Below, piece after piece: positions 11,219 to 22,681 of a stretch of 64,000 bases of DNA. The notes beneath the pieces are model-generated. The model ran no database searches, had not been told where the DNA came from, and saw only the letters and a list, made by a program, of their open reading frames with translations. The stretch's first letter is position 1. Each line of letters begins with the position of its first letter. A program made the translations under genes and the position numbers. This DNA comes from Fistulifera solaris. Lineage: Eukaryota. The stretch spans positions 806,001 to 870,000 of the forward strand of contig AP026167.1 in assembly GCA_030295235.1 (NCBI GenBank), read 5' to 3'.

Positions 11219-13293
11219 TTTAGTTTAATTTTTATTATTGATCTTGGGGACAGAAAAGGCGAGGAGGCGAGATTGTCACGAAGAGCTGTAGGCTTTGAAA
11301 TCCCAAGTGCATTGAACTCGACGGCAGAGTATCTGGTAGGGACCGTGACAAGGTACGTTCACTCTCCAATCCGAAATCTTTTTTGTCTTTTACCTTTTTT
11401 AAAAACCAAACAATTGGCCGGGCGTGGCAAGCCAACTCTCGCACTGCGATGAAGTTAGGGCCCCGTGTCGCTCGTTAAGACGCCAGATGTGCCGTCTGCG
11501 GGTGTGATTCATGTGTTGAATCACTCGTAGCTCGGTGGCTTGGTGCAGTGAGACATGGTTCTTTCTTCTAGCTCCTCGTGTAAGAGTTGGGCTTTTCTTT
11601 TGATTCTAGGATCTGCGTTCTATCTATTTCTTTATAAGAAATACTAGACTGGATGTTTTGAAAAACATTCTTTTAGTTTCTAGTTTTCTGTATGTTTGTC
11701 TTGTTTGACGTCTGCATTATGACGACAGCGATAACTGTACAAGGCTATGCTATCCTGCTGCAACTTGGTACTATCGTTCAGCGCACGCCACCTTTCATTC
11801 TTCCTCCTGTACGATAGCCGTCCAACATAGCTCCAAGAATCCTAATGGACGATTCATGCCAAGGAAGACATTGAGAACCCATTCGATACCAGGACGGAGC
11901 TTCGTGTGACTACAACTCCGTGGCTACCATGATAAGACACGGAAAAAGATCAAAATACCCATCATCAGCAGCCCGGCAACTCGGGTCACTAATCAGGGTT
12001 CATCCACCGGTGCTTGTATCGTTGTCGAGATGACTGGCGTTGATTGCCATTGAGCACAACCATGTATACTGATCCCAGTCTCAGGCATTAATGACTTGTA
12101 TTAGGATTAGGGAGGTTTGTGTTATTCTCATATGCCGCAATATCTAGCTCTTGGTACTTGGTACCCACGCAAAGTGAAGCTTTCTCTTTCTCAATATTCT
12201 CTGTCTCGCGCCAAAGAGTCAGTCAGAAAAGGAAAAGGGTCGACACTCGCTCAAAATGCACGGCGGATTGATTTTGCTCAGCGATGGTTTAGCATGTCTC
12301 CCACAAGTCCGCGTTGCTAATAATCGTCTTCCTATCCTTCGCAAAAATCCCCGTTGAAATAACCAAAAAGACACGTCATTGCAACATCTGCTCCACGATG
12401 GCCATAGTAGGTAGCTGGATCAAGAAATGGCAGGAGCAATCTTCCCTCTGTTTTGACGAAAAACCTTTACTTCCGCCCTAAATATCACACTGGTAACTCA
12501 TAAGCGGCACCTCGTTGTTAGCTGACTGAAACCACAATGACAACGTTCCGCTATCGAAGGCAGTGAACTGATCACAAGGGAAATTACGCCACGCCTGCCG
12601 CCAAACATGCACCTAAATAAAACTCCCATGCCGTGAATAAAAAGCGACCCATCAAAAAAGTGCAGAAAAGTGCATCATCTCGTCGCGATTTGCAGCAAAC
12701 TTCAATGTCACACCATCCAAGTTTGTGAAATGTCATGGTCATCGTCCTTGTCCTCGTCCTCGTCATCGATGGCACTAACATGATGACTGCTAGGCGGCGT
12801 ATCGGGATGCATTGTTTCATTCGGATTGCCGGAAGATTGTTGATGTTGCCCTCTTCTTTGTTTGAGTAAGGAATGAGGAAAAGATAATCGGCCAGCAACC
12901 AGCATAGCAGCGGCCCGGTCCCTTTCCAAGCAATTTCCGGAAGAGGCAAGCGACACGAAAACAAGCAAGTCGCGTCAGCTTTGCAACGAAAATAGCCATA
13001 CTCGTCAGCATCAAAGCAAATAGACTCTTATGACAGAGCGCAATCTCTCGCGTCGCGGCAAACGGTGCTAAATACACACAATCGTCAAGCGTCGTTACGA
13101 GAATGAATAAATGGTGAGGGTTGCCGAAACGAGTTGAGTCACCCTTTCTTGCTACAAGCTGCAGAGACAAGAGTGAAATAATGAAAGGACTAGGACAAGA
13201 AGCAGAGGCATTACAACAACGATAAAAGGGATGCGAAACTTGCAATACAACGATGAGTACGACGGCATGACAATGACAACGGAGATGCGGAGG

Positions 13294-13296
<3 letters not shown>

Positions 13297-13360
<64 letters not shown>
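13297..13360. repeat. (CAT)21 microsatellite; (CAT)6 at the equivalent site ~17559-17577
   Basis: Directly visible; accounts for 45 bp of the unit-length difference. Confidence 0.95.
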
Positions 13361-13943
13361 GGACGTGCAGCGTTTATACGAAGAAAATTATACCGGTACC
13401 AGTACAGTACCAGCTAAAGCCAACTAGAGGGACATACCTGGCGACGGCGACGGCGACCAAACCATCGCCTTAGCATAAAATGAGCACTCAAACAACACCT
13501 ATAGTACCTGGTATCGTAAACGAATGAAAGAGGACAAAATACTTTGTAATGACGATAAGCGGATCACTACGTTTTGCGTTTTTTTCCTTCAAAACAGACC
13601 GGGGGCCGTATGTTATACCGTATAGGCCTGTCGCCTACAGTTTCGATGTATACATAATTTGTACATATTCTTCTAGACTTCCTCTGTCGTAGCCCTCTAC
13701 GTACGAAATGTACCACGGGCAACGGCCCGCAGCTGCTGGCCCCTCTCGTCGCCTCTTCCGGTGGGCACTTTTTTCTTACCTCGTCGTATGAAACAGAGTC
13801 CTGAAACAAAATGATAAGCATTATCAAAACAAACAAAACTTTCGCGAGCTTCGTGCTCTTTACTTGCATCCTTTCGTCTCCTGTCGGCCGGATTGGCTGT
13901 TTCTTCGCTCCGGCGGAGATTCAGTTTGCTCTGGAGATTGAGT

Positions 13944-15479
13944 ATGCTGCGCAACAGCGCAAGTGTTCAGTCGCTTTCGGAGTCGGTGTGTGTTTACTCC
14001 TGCGTCTGTTTGCTTGTTCTGTCGCTTTGTATCATCCTTGTGCCTGCTTGCGTTGCGGGGCTTGTGTTGATGCGTTTCTGCGCTCGGACCGTCGCAGAAA
14101 TTGCTCTTCTGGCGCTGAAGAGTCTTTGCTCGACCGTGTGGCTGTTGTTTGGTCGTCGTGCGGCTGTTTGCTTCGTTCTTCTTCACGCGAATAGCTGTGC
14201 GTATCGTGAAGACGTTCTCTTGGCAAAGAACACGGAGTTTCCAGTTCGTTTGGAGACTCCTCCACGTCTCACGATGTTTCGTCCTGTAGCTCCGGTACGT
14301 GAAGCTACGGGGAAACAATTTGATTTGAAGCGAAACCACCGTGTCGTTTTTCGTGTGTCTTTCGTCTTCATTTTCTTTCTTGTGGTGATTGGAGTTGTTG
14401 CTGCTTGTATTTGTGGAGGTGCCAGGTGGATCGGTGCTTCCGCAGCTGGCATGTATTTGTTGTTCGTTGAGCTTCGTCGGTCATCCGCAGCAACAACAGC
14501 AACTGATTTCGTGCGATTGGGGAATGTCGAGACATCCAGCTCTATCGATCTTGACCGCATTCGTCTTTTGTGTGGTATTCGCAGTGTCTCCATGCAAAGT
14601 ATGCAACAATCTGCCACAAAGCAAGAAGTCCGTTTGCTCGAAAATATGGACGAGGATGTCATTGTTTCAAGCGGACGAGGCCGTCGTCGAGTTCGTTTTG
14701 CGTCGAAAGAGAATCGGGAGTCTTTCTTAATGATCGAGAATTGTTTGGACATGAGCGAGGACGAGTTTCACGAGCGCTATTGGTCAAACGAGATCGTCAA
14801 GCAAAGGAGAGATGAAAGTTCAGAGGAGCGCGACTTTGACATCTTCCAAAGCCACGAGTTCTTTGACGAACGCTTATATCTCTTGTTTTCAGCCCAACCA
14901 AGCGTCATGCTCACGGAAGAAGTGTTCTTCCTAGACCACGAGGGAGAACGGCGCCATCCGGCGCACTGGAAGGGGTTTTGCACGAGAATTCGTCCGCATC
15001 TACAGAAGGACAGGGAAATACCTGGATTTCCATCTGTCGATGCATACGAGAACTATCTTCAGTTCTACGATAAGCTGTATCGTACTTGCATTACATGGTA
15101 CGACAATAACTTGTGGCGAACGGTGGGTGTCCTAATACCCGAGAATGAGGGTTTGGAATCGGATAGCAATATCGTGGAGGATATGGAAGACGAAGGTGGA
15201 GCTTGTGATGCTGTAGCTCTTGCAGACGAAAGATTCTCAGTGCAGTTTGTGGTGGAGGATTGTGAGGATATCACCATCCACTGTGATGTTCTAGAGGACA
15301 GTGGTGACTTTGGTGTAGTCCAGGAAACTGCAGTCAAAGGGCACGAAGTTGAGAGTATGGGCGAAGCTGCTGCGCCTGCTCCTAGCAAAATGAAGAAAAT
15401 GAAAGCATTCGGTCCCTGTTTCCGCTCGCGTCCTTTTTTGAAGCGAAAATGCAAGGAGAATGTTCGATATTCGAAGTAG
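13944..15479 (+). CDS. Tandem-unit ORF copy 2, ~511 aa: several TM segments, RRVRF..YWS motif, acidic region, basic tail
   Basis: Long open frame from the first ATG (13944). No RT, transposase or integrase motifs recognised. Confidence 0.65.
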   Translation: MLRNSASVQSLSESVCVYSCVCLLVLSLCIILVPACVAGLVLMRFCARTVAEIALLALKSLCSTVWLLFGRRAAVCFVLLHANSCAYREDVLLAKNTEFPVRLETPPRLTMFRPVAPVREATGKQFDLKRNHRVVFRVSFVFIFFLVVIGVVAACICGGARWIGASAAGMYLLFVELRRSSAATTATDFVRLGNVETSSSIDLDRIRLLCGIRSVSMQSMQQSATKQEVRLLENMDEDVIVSSGRGRRRVRFASKENRESFLMIENCLDMSEDEFHERYWSNEIVKQRRDESSEERDFDIFQSHEFFDERLYLLFSAQPSVMLTEEVFFLDHEGERRHPAHWKGFCTRIRPHLQKDREIPGFPSVDAYENYLQFYDKLYRTCITWYDNNLWRTVGVLIPENEGLESDSNIVEDMEDEGGACDAVALADERFSVQFVVEDCEDITIHCDVLEDSGDFGVVQETAVKGHEVESMGEAAAPAPSKMKKMKAFGPCFRSRPFLKRKCKENVRYSK

Positions 15480-18159
15480 TTTAGTTTAATTTTTATTATT
15501 GATCTTGGGGACAGAAAAGGCGAGGAGGCGAGATTGTCACGAAGAGCTGTAGGCTTTGAAATCCCAAGTGCATTGAACTCGACGGCAGAGTATCTGGTAG
15601 GGACCGTGACAAGGTACGTTCACTCTCCAATCCGAAATCTTTTTGTCTTTTACCTTTTTTAAAAACCAAACAATTGGCCGGGCGTGGCAAGCCAACTCTC
15701 GCACTGCGATGAAGTTAGGGCCCCGTGTCGCTCGTTAAGACGCCAGATGTGCCGTCTGCGGGTGTGATTCATGTGTTGAATCACTCGTAGCTCGGTGGCT
15801 TGGTGCAGTGAGACATGGTTCTTTCTTCTAGCTCCTCGTGTAAGAGTTGGGCTTTTCTTTTGATTCTAGGATCTGCGTTCTATCTATTTCTTTATAAGAA
15901 ATACTAGACTGGATGTTTTGAAAAACATTCTTTTTAGTTTCTAGTTTTCTGTATGTTTGTCTTGTTTGACGTCTGCATTATGACGACAGCGATAACTGTA
16001 CAAGGCTATGCTATCCTGCTGCAACTTGGTACTATCGTTCAGCGCACGCCACCTTTCATTCTTCCTCCTGTACGATAGCCGTCCAACATAGCTCCAAGAA
16101 TCCTAATGGACGATTCATGCCAAGGAAGACATTGAGAACCCATTCGATACCAGGACGGAGCTTCGTGTGACTACAACTCCGTGGCTACCATGATAAGACA
16201 CGGAAAAAGATCAAAATACCCATCATCAGCAGCCCGGCAACTCGGGTCACTAATCAGGGTTCATCCACCGGTGCTTGTATCGTTGTCGAGATGACTGGCG
16301 TTGATTGCCATTGAGCACAACCATGTATACTGATCCCAGTCTCAGGCATTAATGACTTGTATTAGGATTAGGGAGGTTTGTGTTATTCTCATATGCCGCA
16401 ATATCTAGCTCTTGGTACTTGGTACCCACGCAAAGTGAAGCTTTCTCTTTCTCAATATTCTCTGTCTCGCGCCAAAGAGTCAGTCAGAAAAGGAAAAGGG
16501 TCGACACTCGCTCAAAATGCACGGCGGATTGATTTTGCTCAGCGATGGTTTAGCATGTCTCCCACAAGTCCGCGTTGCTAATAATCGTCTTCCTATCCTT
16601 CGCAAAAATCCCCGTTGAAATAACCAAAAAGACACGTCATTGCAACATCTGCTCCACGATGGCCATAGTAGGTAGCTGGATCAAGAAATGGCAGGAGCAA
16701 TCTTCCCTCTGTTTTGACGAAAAAACCTTTACTTCCGCCCTAAATATCACACTGGTAACTCATAAGCGGCACCTCGTTGTTAGCTGACTGAAACCACAAT
16801 GACAACGTTCCGCTATCGAAGGCAGTGAACTGATCACAAGGGAAATTACGCCACGCCTGCCGCCAAACATGCACCTAAATAAAACTCCCATGCCGTGAAT
16901 AAAAAGCGACCCATCAAAAAAGTGCAGAAAAGTGCATCATCTCGTCGCGATTTGCAGCAAACTTCAATGTCACACCATCCAAGTTTGTGAAATGTCATGG
17001 TCATCGTCCTTGTCCTCGTCCTCGTCATCGATGGCACTAACATGATGACTGCTAGGCGGCGTATCGGGATGCATTGTTTCATTCGGATTGCCGGAAGATT
17101 GTTGATGTTGCCCTCTTCTTTGTTTGAGTAAGGAATGAGGAAAAGATAATCGGCCAGCAACCAGCATAGCAGCGGCCCGGTCCCTTCCCAAGCAATTTCC
17201 GGAAGAGGCAAGCGACACGAAAACAAGCAAGTCGCGTCAGCTTTGCAACGAAAATAGCCATACTCGTCAGCATCAAAGCAAATAGACTCTTATGACAGAG
17301 CGCAATCTCTCGCGTCGCGGCAAACGGTGCTAAATACACACAATCGTCAAGCGTCGTTACGAGAATGAATAAATGGTGAGGGTTGCCAAAACGAGTTGAG
17401 TCACCCTTTCTTGCTACAAGCTGCAGAGACAAGAGTGAAATAATGAAAGGACTAGGACAAGAAGCAGAGGCATTACAACAACGATAAAAGGGATGCGAAA
17501 CTTGCAATACAACGATGAGTACGACGGCATGACAATGACAACGGAGATGCGGAGGAATCATCATCATCATCATCATCGGACGTGCAGCGTTTATACGAAG
17601 AAAATTATACCGGTACCAGTACAGTACCAGCTAAAGCCAACTAGAGGGACATACCTGGCGACGGCGACGGCGACCAAACCATCGCCTTAGCATAAAATGA
17701 GCACTCAAACAACACCTATAGTACCTGGTATCGTAAACGAATGAAAGAGGACAAAATACTTTGTAATGACGATAAGCGGATCACTACGTTTTGCGTTTTT
17801 TCCTTCAAAACAGACCGGGGGCCGTATGTTATACCGTATAGGCCTGTCGCCTACAGTTTCGATGTATACATAATTTGTACATATTCTTCTAGACTTCCTC
17901 TGTCGTAGCCTTCTACGTACGAAATGTACCACGGGCAACGGCCCGCAGCTGCTGGCCCCTCTCGTCGCCTCTTCCGGTGGGCACTTTTTTCTTACCTCGT
18001 CGTATGAAACAGAGTCCTGAAACAAAATGATAAGCATTATCAAAACAAACAAAACTTTCGCGAGCTTCGTGCTCTTTACTTGCATCCTTTCGTCTCCTGT
18101 CGGCCGGATTGGCTGTTTCTTCGCTCCGGCGGAGATTCAGTTTGCTCTGGAGATTGAGT

Positions 18160-19695
18160 ATGCTGCGCAACAGCGCAAGTGTTCAGTCGCTTTCGGAGTC
18201 GGTGTGTGTTTACTCCTGCGTCTGTTTGCTTGTTCTGTCGCTTTGTATCATCCTTGTGCCTGCTTGCGTTGCGGGGCTTGTGTTGATGCGTTTCTGCGCT
18301 CGGACCGTCGCAGAAATTGCTCTTCTGGCGCTGAAGAGTCTTTGCTCGACCGTGTGGCTGTTGTTTGGTCGTCGTGCGGCTGTTTGCTTCGTTCTTCTTC
18401 ACGCGAATAGCTGTGCGTATCGTGAAGACGTTCTCTTGGCAAAGAACACGGAGTTTCCAGTTCGTTTGGAGACTCCTCCACGTCTCACGATGTTTCGTCC
18501 TGTAGCTCCGGTACGTGAAGCTACGGGGAAACAATTTGATTTGAAGCGAAACCACCGTGTCGTTTTTCGTGTGTCTTTCGTCTTCATTTTCTTTCTTGTG
18601 GTGATTGGAGTTGTTGCTGCTTGTATTTGTGGAGGTGCCAGGTGGATCGGTGCTTCCGCAGCTGGCATGTATTTGTTGTTCGTTGAGCTTCGTCGGTCAT
18701 CCGCAGCAACAACAGCAACTGATTTCGTGCGATTGGGGAATGTCGAGACATCCAGCTCTATCGATCTTGACCGCATTCGTCTTTTGTGTGGTATTCGCAG
18801 TGTCTCCATGCAAAGTATGCAACAATCTGCCACAAAGCAAGAAGTCCGTTTGCTCGAAAATATGGACGAGGATGTCATTGTTTCAAGCGGACGAGGCCGT
18901 CGTCGAGTTCGTTTTGCGTCGAAAGAGAATCGGGAGTCTTTCTTAATGATCGAGAATTGTTTGGACATGAGCGAGGACGAGTTTCACGAGCGCTATTGGT
19001 CAAACGAGATCGTCAAGCAAAGGAGAGATGAAAGTTCAGAGGAGCGCGACTTTGACATCTTCCAAAGCCACGAGTTCTTTGACGAACGCTTATATCTCTT
19101 GTTTTCAGCCCAACCAAGCGTCATGCTCACGGAAGAAGTGTTCTTCCTAGACCACGAGGGAGAACGGCGCCATCCGGCGCACTGGAAGGGGTTTTGCACG
19201 AGAATTCGTCCGCATCTACAGAAGGACAGGGAAATACCTGGATTTCCATCTGTCGATGCATACGAGAACTATCTTCAGTTCTACGATAAGCTGTATCGTA
19301 CTTGCATTACATGGTACGACAATAACTTGTGGCGAACGGTGGGTGTCCTAATACCCGAGAATGAGGGTTTGGAATCGGATAGCAATATCGTGGAGGATAT
19401 GGAAGACGAAGGTGGAGCTTGTGATGCTGTAGCTCTTGCAGACGAAAGATTCTCAGTGCAGTTTGTGGTGGAGGATTGTGAGGATATCACCATCCACTGT
19501 GATGTTCTAGAGGACAGTGGTGACTTTGGTGTAGTCCAGGAAACTGCAGTCAAAGGGCACGAAGTTGAGAGTATGGGCGAAGCTGCTGCGCCTGCTCCTA
19601 GCAAAATGAAGAAAATGAAAGCATTCGGTCCCTGTTTCCGCTCGCGTCCTTTTTTGAAGCGAAAATGCAAGGAGAATGTTCGATATTCGAAGTAG
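18160..19695 (+). CDS. Tandem-unit ORF copy 3, same protein as copy 2
   Basis: Same translation as copy 2 in the ORF track. Confidence 0.65.
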   Translation: MLRNSASVQSLSESVCVYSCVCLLVLSLCIILVPACVAGLVLMRFCARTVAEIALLALKSLCSTVWLLFGRRAAVCFVLLHANSCAYREDVLLAKNTEFPVRLETPPRLTMFRPVAPVREATGKQFDLKRNHRVVFRVSFVFIFFLVVIGVVAACICGGARWIGASAAGMYLLFVELRRSSAATTATDFVRLGNVETSSSIDLDRIRLLCGIRSVSMQSMQQSATKQEVRLLENMDEDVIVSSGRGRRRVRFASKENRESFLMIENCLDMSEDEFHERYWSNEIVKQRRDESSEERDFDIFQSHEFFDERLYLLFSAQPSVMLTEEVFFLDHEGERRHPAHWKGFCTRIRPHLQKDREIPGFPSVDAYENYLQFYDKLYRTCITWYDNNLWRTVGVLIPENEGLESDSNIVEDMEDEGGACDAVALADERFSVQFVVEDCEDITIHCDVLEDSGDFGVVQETAVKGHEVESMGEAAAPAPSKMKKMKAFGPCFRSRPFLKRKCKENVRYSK

Positions 19696-20615
19696 TTTAG
19701 TTTAATTTTTATTATTGATCTTGGGGACAGAAAAGGCGAGGAGGCGAGATTGTCACGAAGAGCTGTAGGCTTTGAAATCCCAAGTGCATTGAACTCGACG
19801 GCAGAGTATCTGGTAGGGACCGTGACAAGGTACGTTCACTCTCCAATCCGAAATCTTTTTTGTCTTTTACCTTTTTTAAAAACCAAACAATTGGCCGGGC
19901 GTGGCAAGCCAACTCTCGCACTGCGATGAAGTTAGGGCCCCGTGTCGCTCGTTAAGACGCCAGATGTGCCGTCTGCGGGTGTGATTCATGTGTTGAATCA
20001 CTCGTAGCTCGGTGGCTTGGTGCAGTGAGACATGGTTCTTTCTTCTAGCTCCTCGTGTAAGAGTTGGGCTTTTCTTTTGATTCTAGGATCTGCGTTCTAT
20101 CTATTTCTTTATAAGAAATACTAGACTGGATGTTTTGAAAAACATTCTTTTTAGTTTCTAGTTTTCTGTATGTTTGTACTACATTGATCGCAGCGTTGCT
20201 AAAAATATCGCCCCTTCCACACAAAGATTGATCGAAACAATTCAAGTCAAACACAGTAATCCATGATCCGAGAGCAATGGCAGTGGACCCAAAGTAATGA
20301 GTTATGACCTTTCCACGGCTTACTTTGCTTTGTACGAAGATCTTGCATTTTCCCAATGCGGGCACTTTCTACCGCTTTCTATGTAAACCAATCATACTGT
20401 TCTGTTTTTCGTTGACGTCCCTGACATATGGTTTCACTAGCCAGTTAGTTCTCGACTCAACAGCACTTTCTCGTCCCGCTTTGGCTTGTGCGCACGATTT
20501 ATATGGTCTCCGATGCCCAGGTCAATCCACGTTCATGAGCATTTGTTCCATTGCTGTGGCTGGTCGTTCTATTGAGCCCAGGTGTTCGCCGCCACTAAAA
20601 TTTTCACCGAAACTC

Positions 20616-22241
20616 CTACTTCTCTGATTCGTTTTTTATACTGGGAGCTATCGACACCGCTCCATTGTCACGCAACAACTTGATCGTTTTATGATTACTA
20701 GGAAGCATCTGCAGTGTTAGAAAGAAAGAAAAGCAAGTGAGAACGACAAGGCAACGAAAGGTGCGGTGCATCGGTCAAATTGAATCTCGTATTCCTTACA
20801 TGTTCTGCCCACCACAGTGCTGTTCCTCCATTTCCATTGTTGGTTCGTGTGTTCAGATCAACTCCTTTTTGTATCAAATATTCTACCACTTGCGTCTGTC
20901 CTGCCCTTGCCGCTTCGTGAATCGCTTGCCAATGGTTGGCGTCACGTTGCTGCAAGATAGCTGGTCATTTTGTGCCAACTCTCGGATCGCATCCAGAGCT
21001 CCTCGAGCCGCCAAACGATTGATGTTATGCGTCTTTTGGTTGTCGTTCTTCTCATTCACATCGTTGTTGTTGTGTGATTTCTGTGGCTTTTCTTCTTTTA
21101 CAAAGACAAAGTCTTGTCTCCATCGGGTGGCCTCTAACGTTCCTTCTTGAATGTGAAGTGGTAAATCTTGCCTCTTAGTTCCAGAAGAGACTGCACTGGA
21201 ATCATCCCATTGCGATAACGCTTGTTCATATTTTTCGCGTAGTAACGTGGCCTCGTCGGCTCGAGAATGTTTTCTGTTCTTGATGGTGTGGATGTTTCTC
21301 TGGATTAGTTCTTGTTCTAAACTCATAGAATAAAAGAGGGGCTCAAAATGAACAAAGATATTGGCAAAATAGTTGCCTTGTAACGGATAGGGTCGTCCAT
21401 GAAGTATCGAATGTGATTCGTACAAAATCATATCACCAGGATGCATGGTGACATTGACCGGGATGCCATCATGCCCCGTGATTTCCAAAGGCCAATCTTC
21501 TTCGACGTCTTGTGCAACATTGATACTAGCAGAAAGAACAAGTGGTAATCTGATCGAAAACAGTCATGAGTCGTCATGAGGACAGATTCGACACAGAGCG
21601 CGAGGCATCTAACGAGACTCACCGATCCACGTGAGGCACTAGAATACTACCTCGTTCGTACACGCGAATTCCGTACATCAACGTTGGTGTTAACGCCGAT
21701 ACTCCACTCCATTTCGCTATCGCAGATTGCACTTCTTGCTGCAAAATGCAACATCCGCAGCCGTCATGCCCGCCTCGGAATCTTCAAACGATAATACTTT
21801 CGTAGGTGCTTCCCAATGATTGACATACATACTACCTCGATTCCATACTTCAGTGCGAAGTGCTGGACGTGATGATGATTGTTCTACAGACGACTCGGGA
21901 GACGAGTGAAGATCCCAAAAATCGTGTAGTAACAAAAAGGTCGCATCCGACAATCGTACTTTGGTATAACCCGTCGAAGTAAAATTGTTTTGCAGTGCCG
22001 GTTGCTCCGCATTCAACTCAAGACGTTCTTGTTCTCTGGCGTCACAGAGTGATTTACCGTACGTTTGATAACATCCTTGCAGAAATTGAATGTATCGGTT
22101 ATTTTGAAAAGGTTCCTCGAGCGGGTGTTGTTTGGGCCAGGAATCCTCTATTCTTGGATTGTTTGTGGATGCTGTTTCCGCTATGACTAAAGCAACAAGG
22201 AGACAGCGACAAAGGAGTGCATTACGAACGACTTGTAGCAT
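20616..22241 (-). CDS. Secreted 2OG-Fe(II) oxygenase-like + ankyrin-repeat protein (introns and frameshifts)
   Basis: Signal peptide MLQVVRNALLCRCLLVALV; INVAQDVEEDWPLEITGHDG..PGDMILYESHSILHGRPYPLQG motif; ankyrin WQAIHEAARAGQTQVVEYLI; last exon after intron ~20709-20798 ends at TAG 20616. Confidence 0.8.
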
Positions 22242-22681
22242 GTTCAAAGCAAAGATGAGCAACTTGTCCGCTTGTGTTTTCGTCGTTACGATGCAACAAA
22301 AAAAAATAGAAAGGACAAAGCGACAGCGACCTCCTCGAACGAGGCGTTCGTTTGTGCGCATCTCTAACCTTATTGTATTTGAAAGGATCCGCAGCCCCCA
22401 GCCACATCTACTATCTACTATAGAAAAATAAGTTTAATATCAACTTTTCCAAGACTGCCTTTCAGTCATGAATAAGCTTACCCAGCATCAGTATCATGTA
22501 AATTGTTGACGACACTCAAAACAGTCAGATTTCAGTCCCGGCATATATCGTTATCACGGATCACGGCATTGCACGCAACAAATAATACCGTAGTAATAAT
22601 GATGCTACGCAATACATTATATCAATCAACAAAACCTTCCAGAAACAACAAAAAGACGTAAAAACGCATCAATCAAAATAG

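Larger units (their letters stand above)
9037..20177 (+). mobile_element. 11.1-kb insertion of 2.6 tandem ~4.2-kb units, flanked by 8-bp direct repeat ACTACATT
   Basis: Offsets between copies are ~4262 bp (9549 to 13811) and ~4216 bp (13811 to 18027). Identity stops at 20177. ACTACATT lies at 9029-9036 and 20178-20185. Confidence 0.8.

Noticed and set aside
11955..11975. Hammerhead core CTGATGA on the minus strand
   Set aside because: No stem II or GAAA at the required distance.
12817..13473. Poly-Met and poly-His ORFs
   Set aside because: Translation artefacts of the (CAT)n microsatellite; tract length differs between copies.
9037..20177. Helitron or canonical LTR retrotransposon
   Set aside because: An 8-bp TSD is unlike Helitrons; there are no TG..CA termini, PBS, or gag/pol/RepHel coding.
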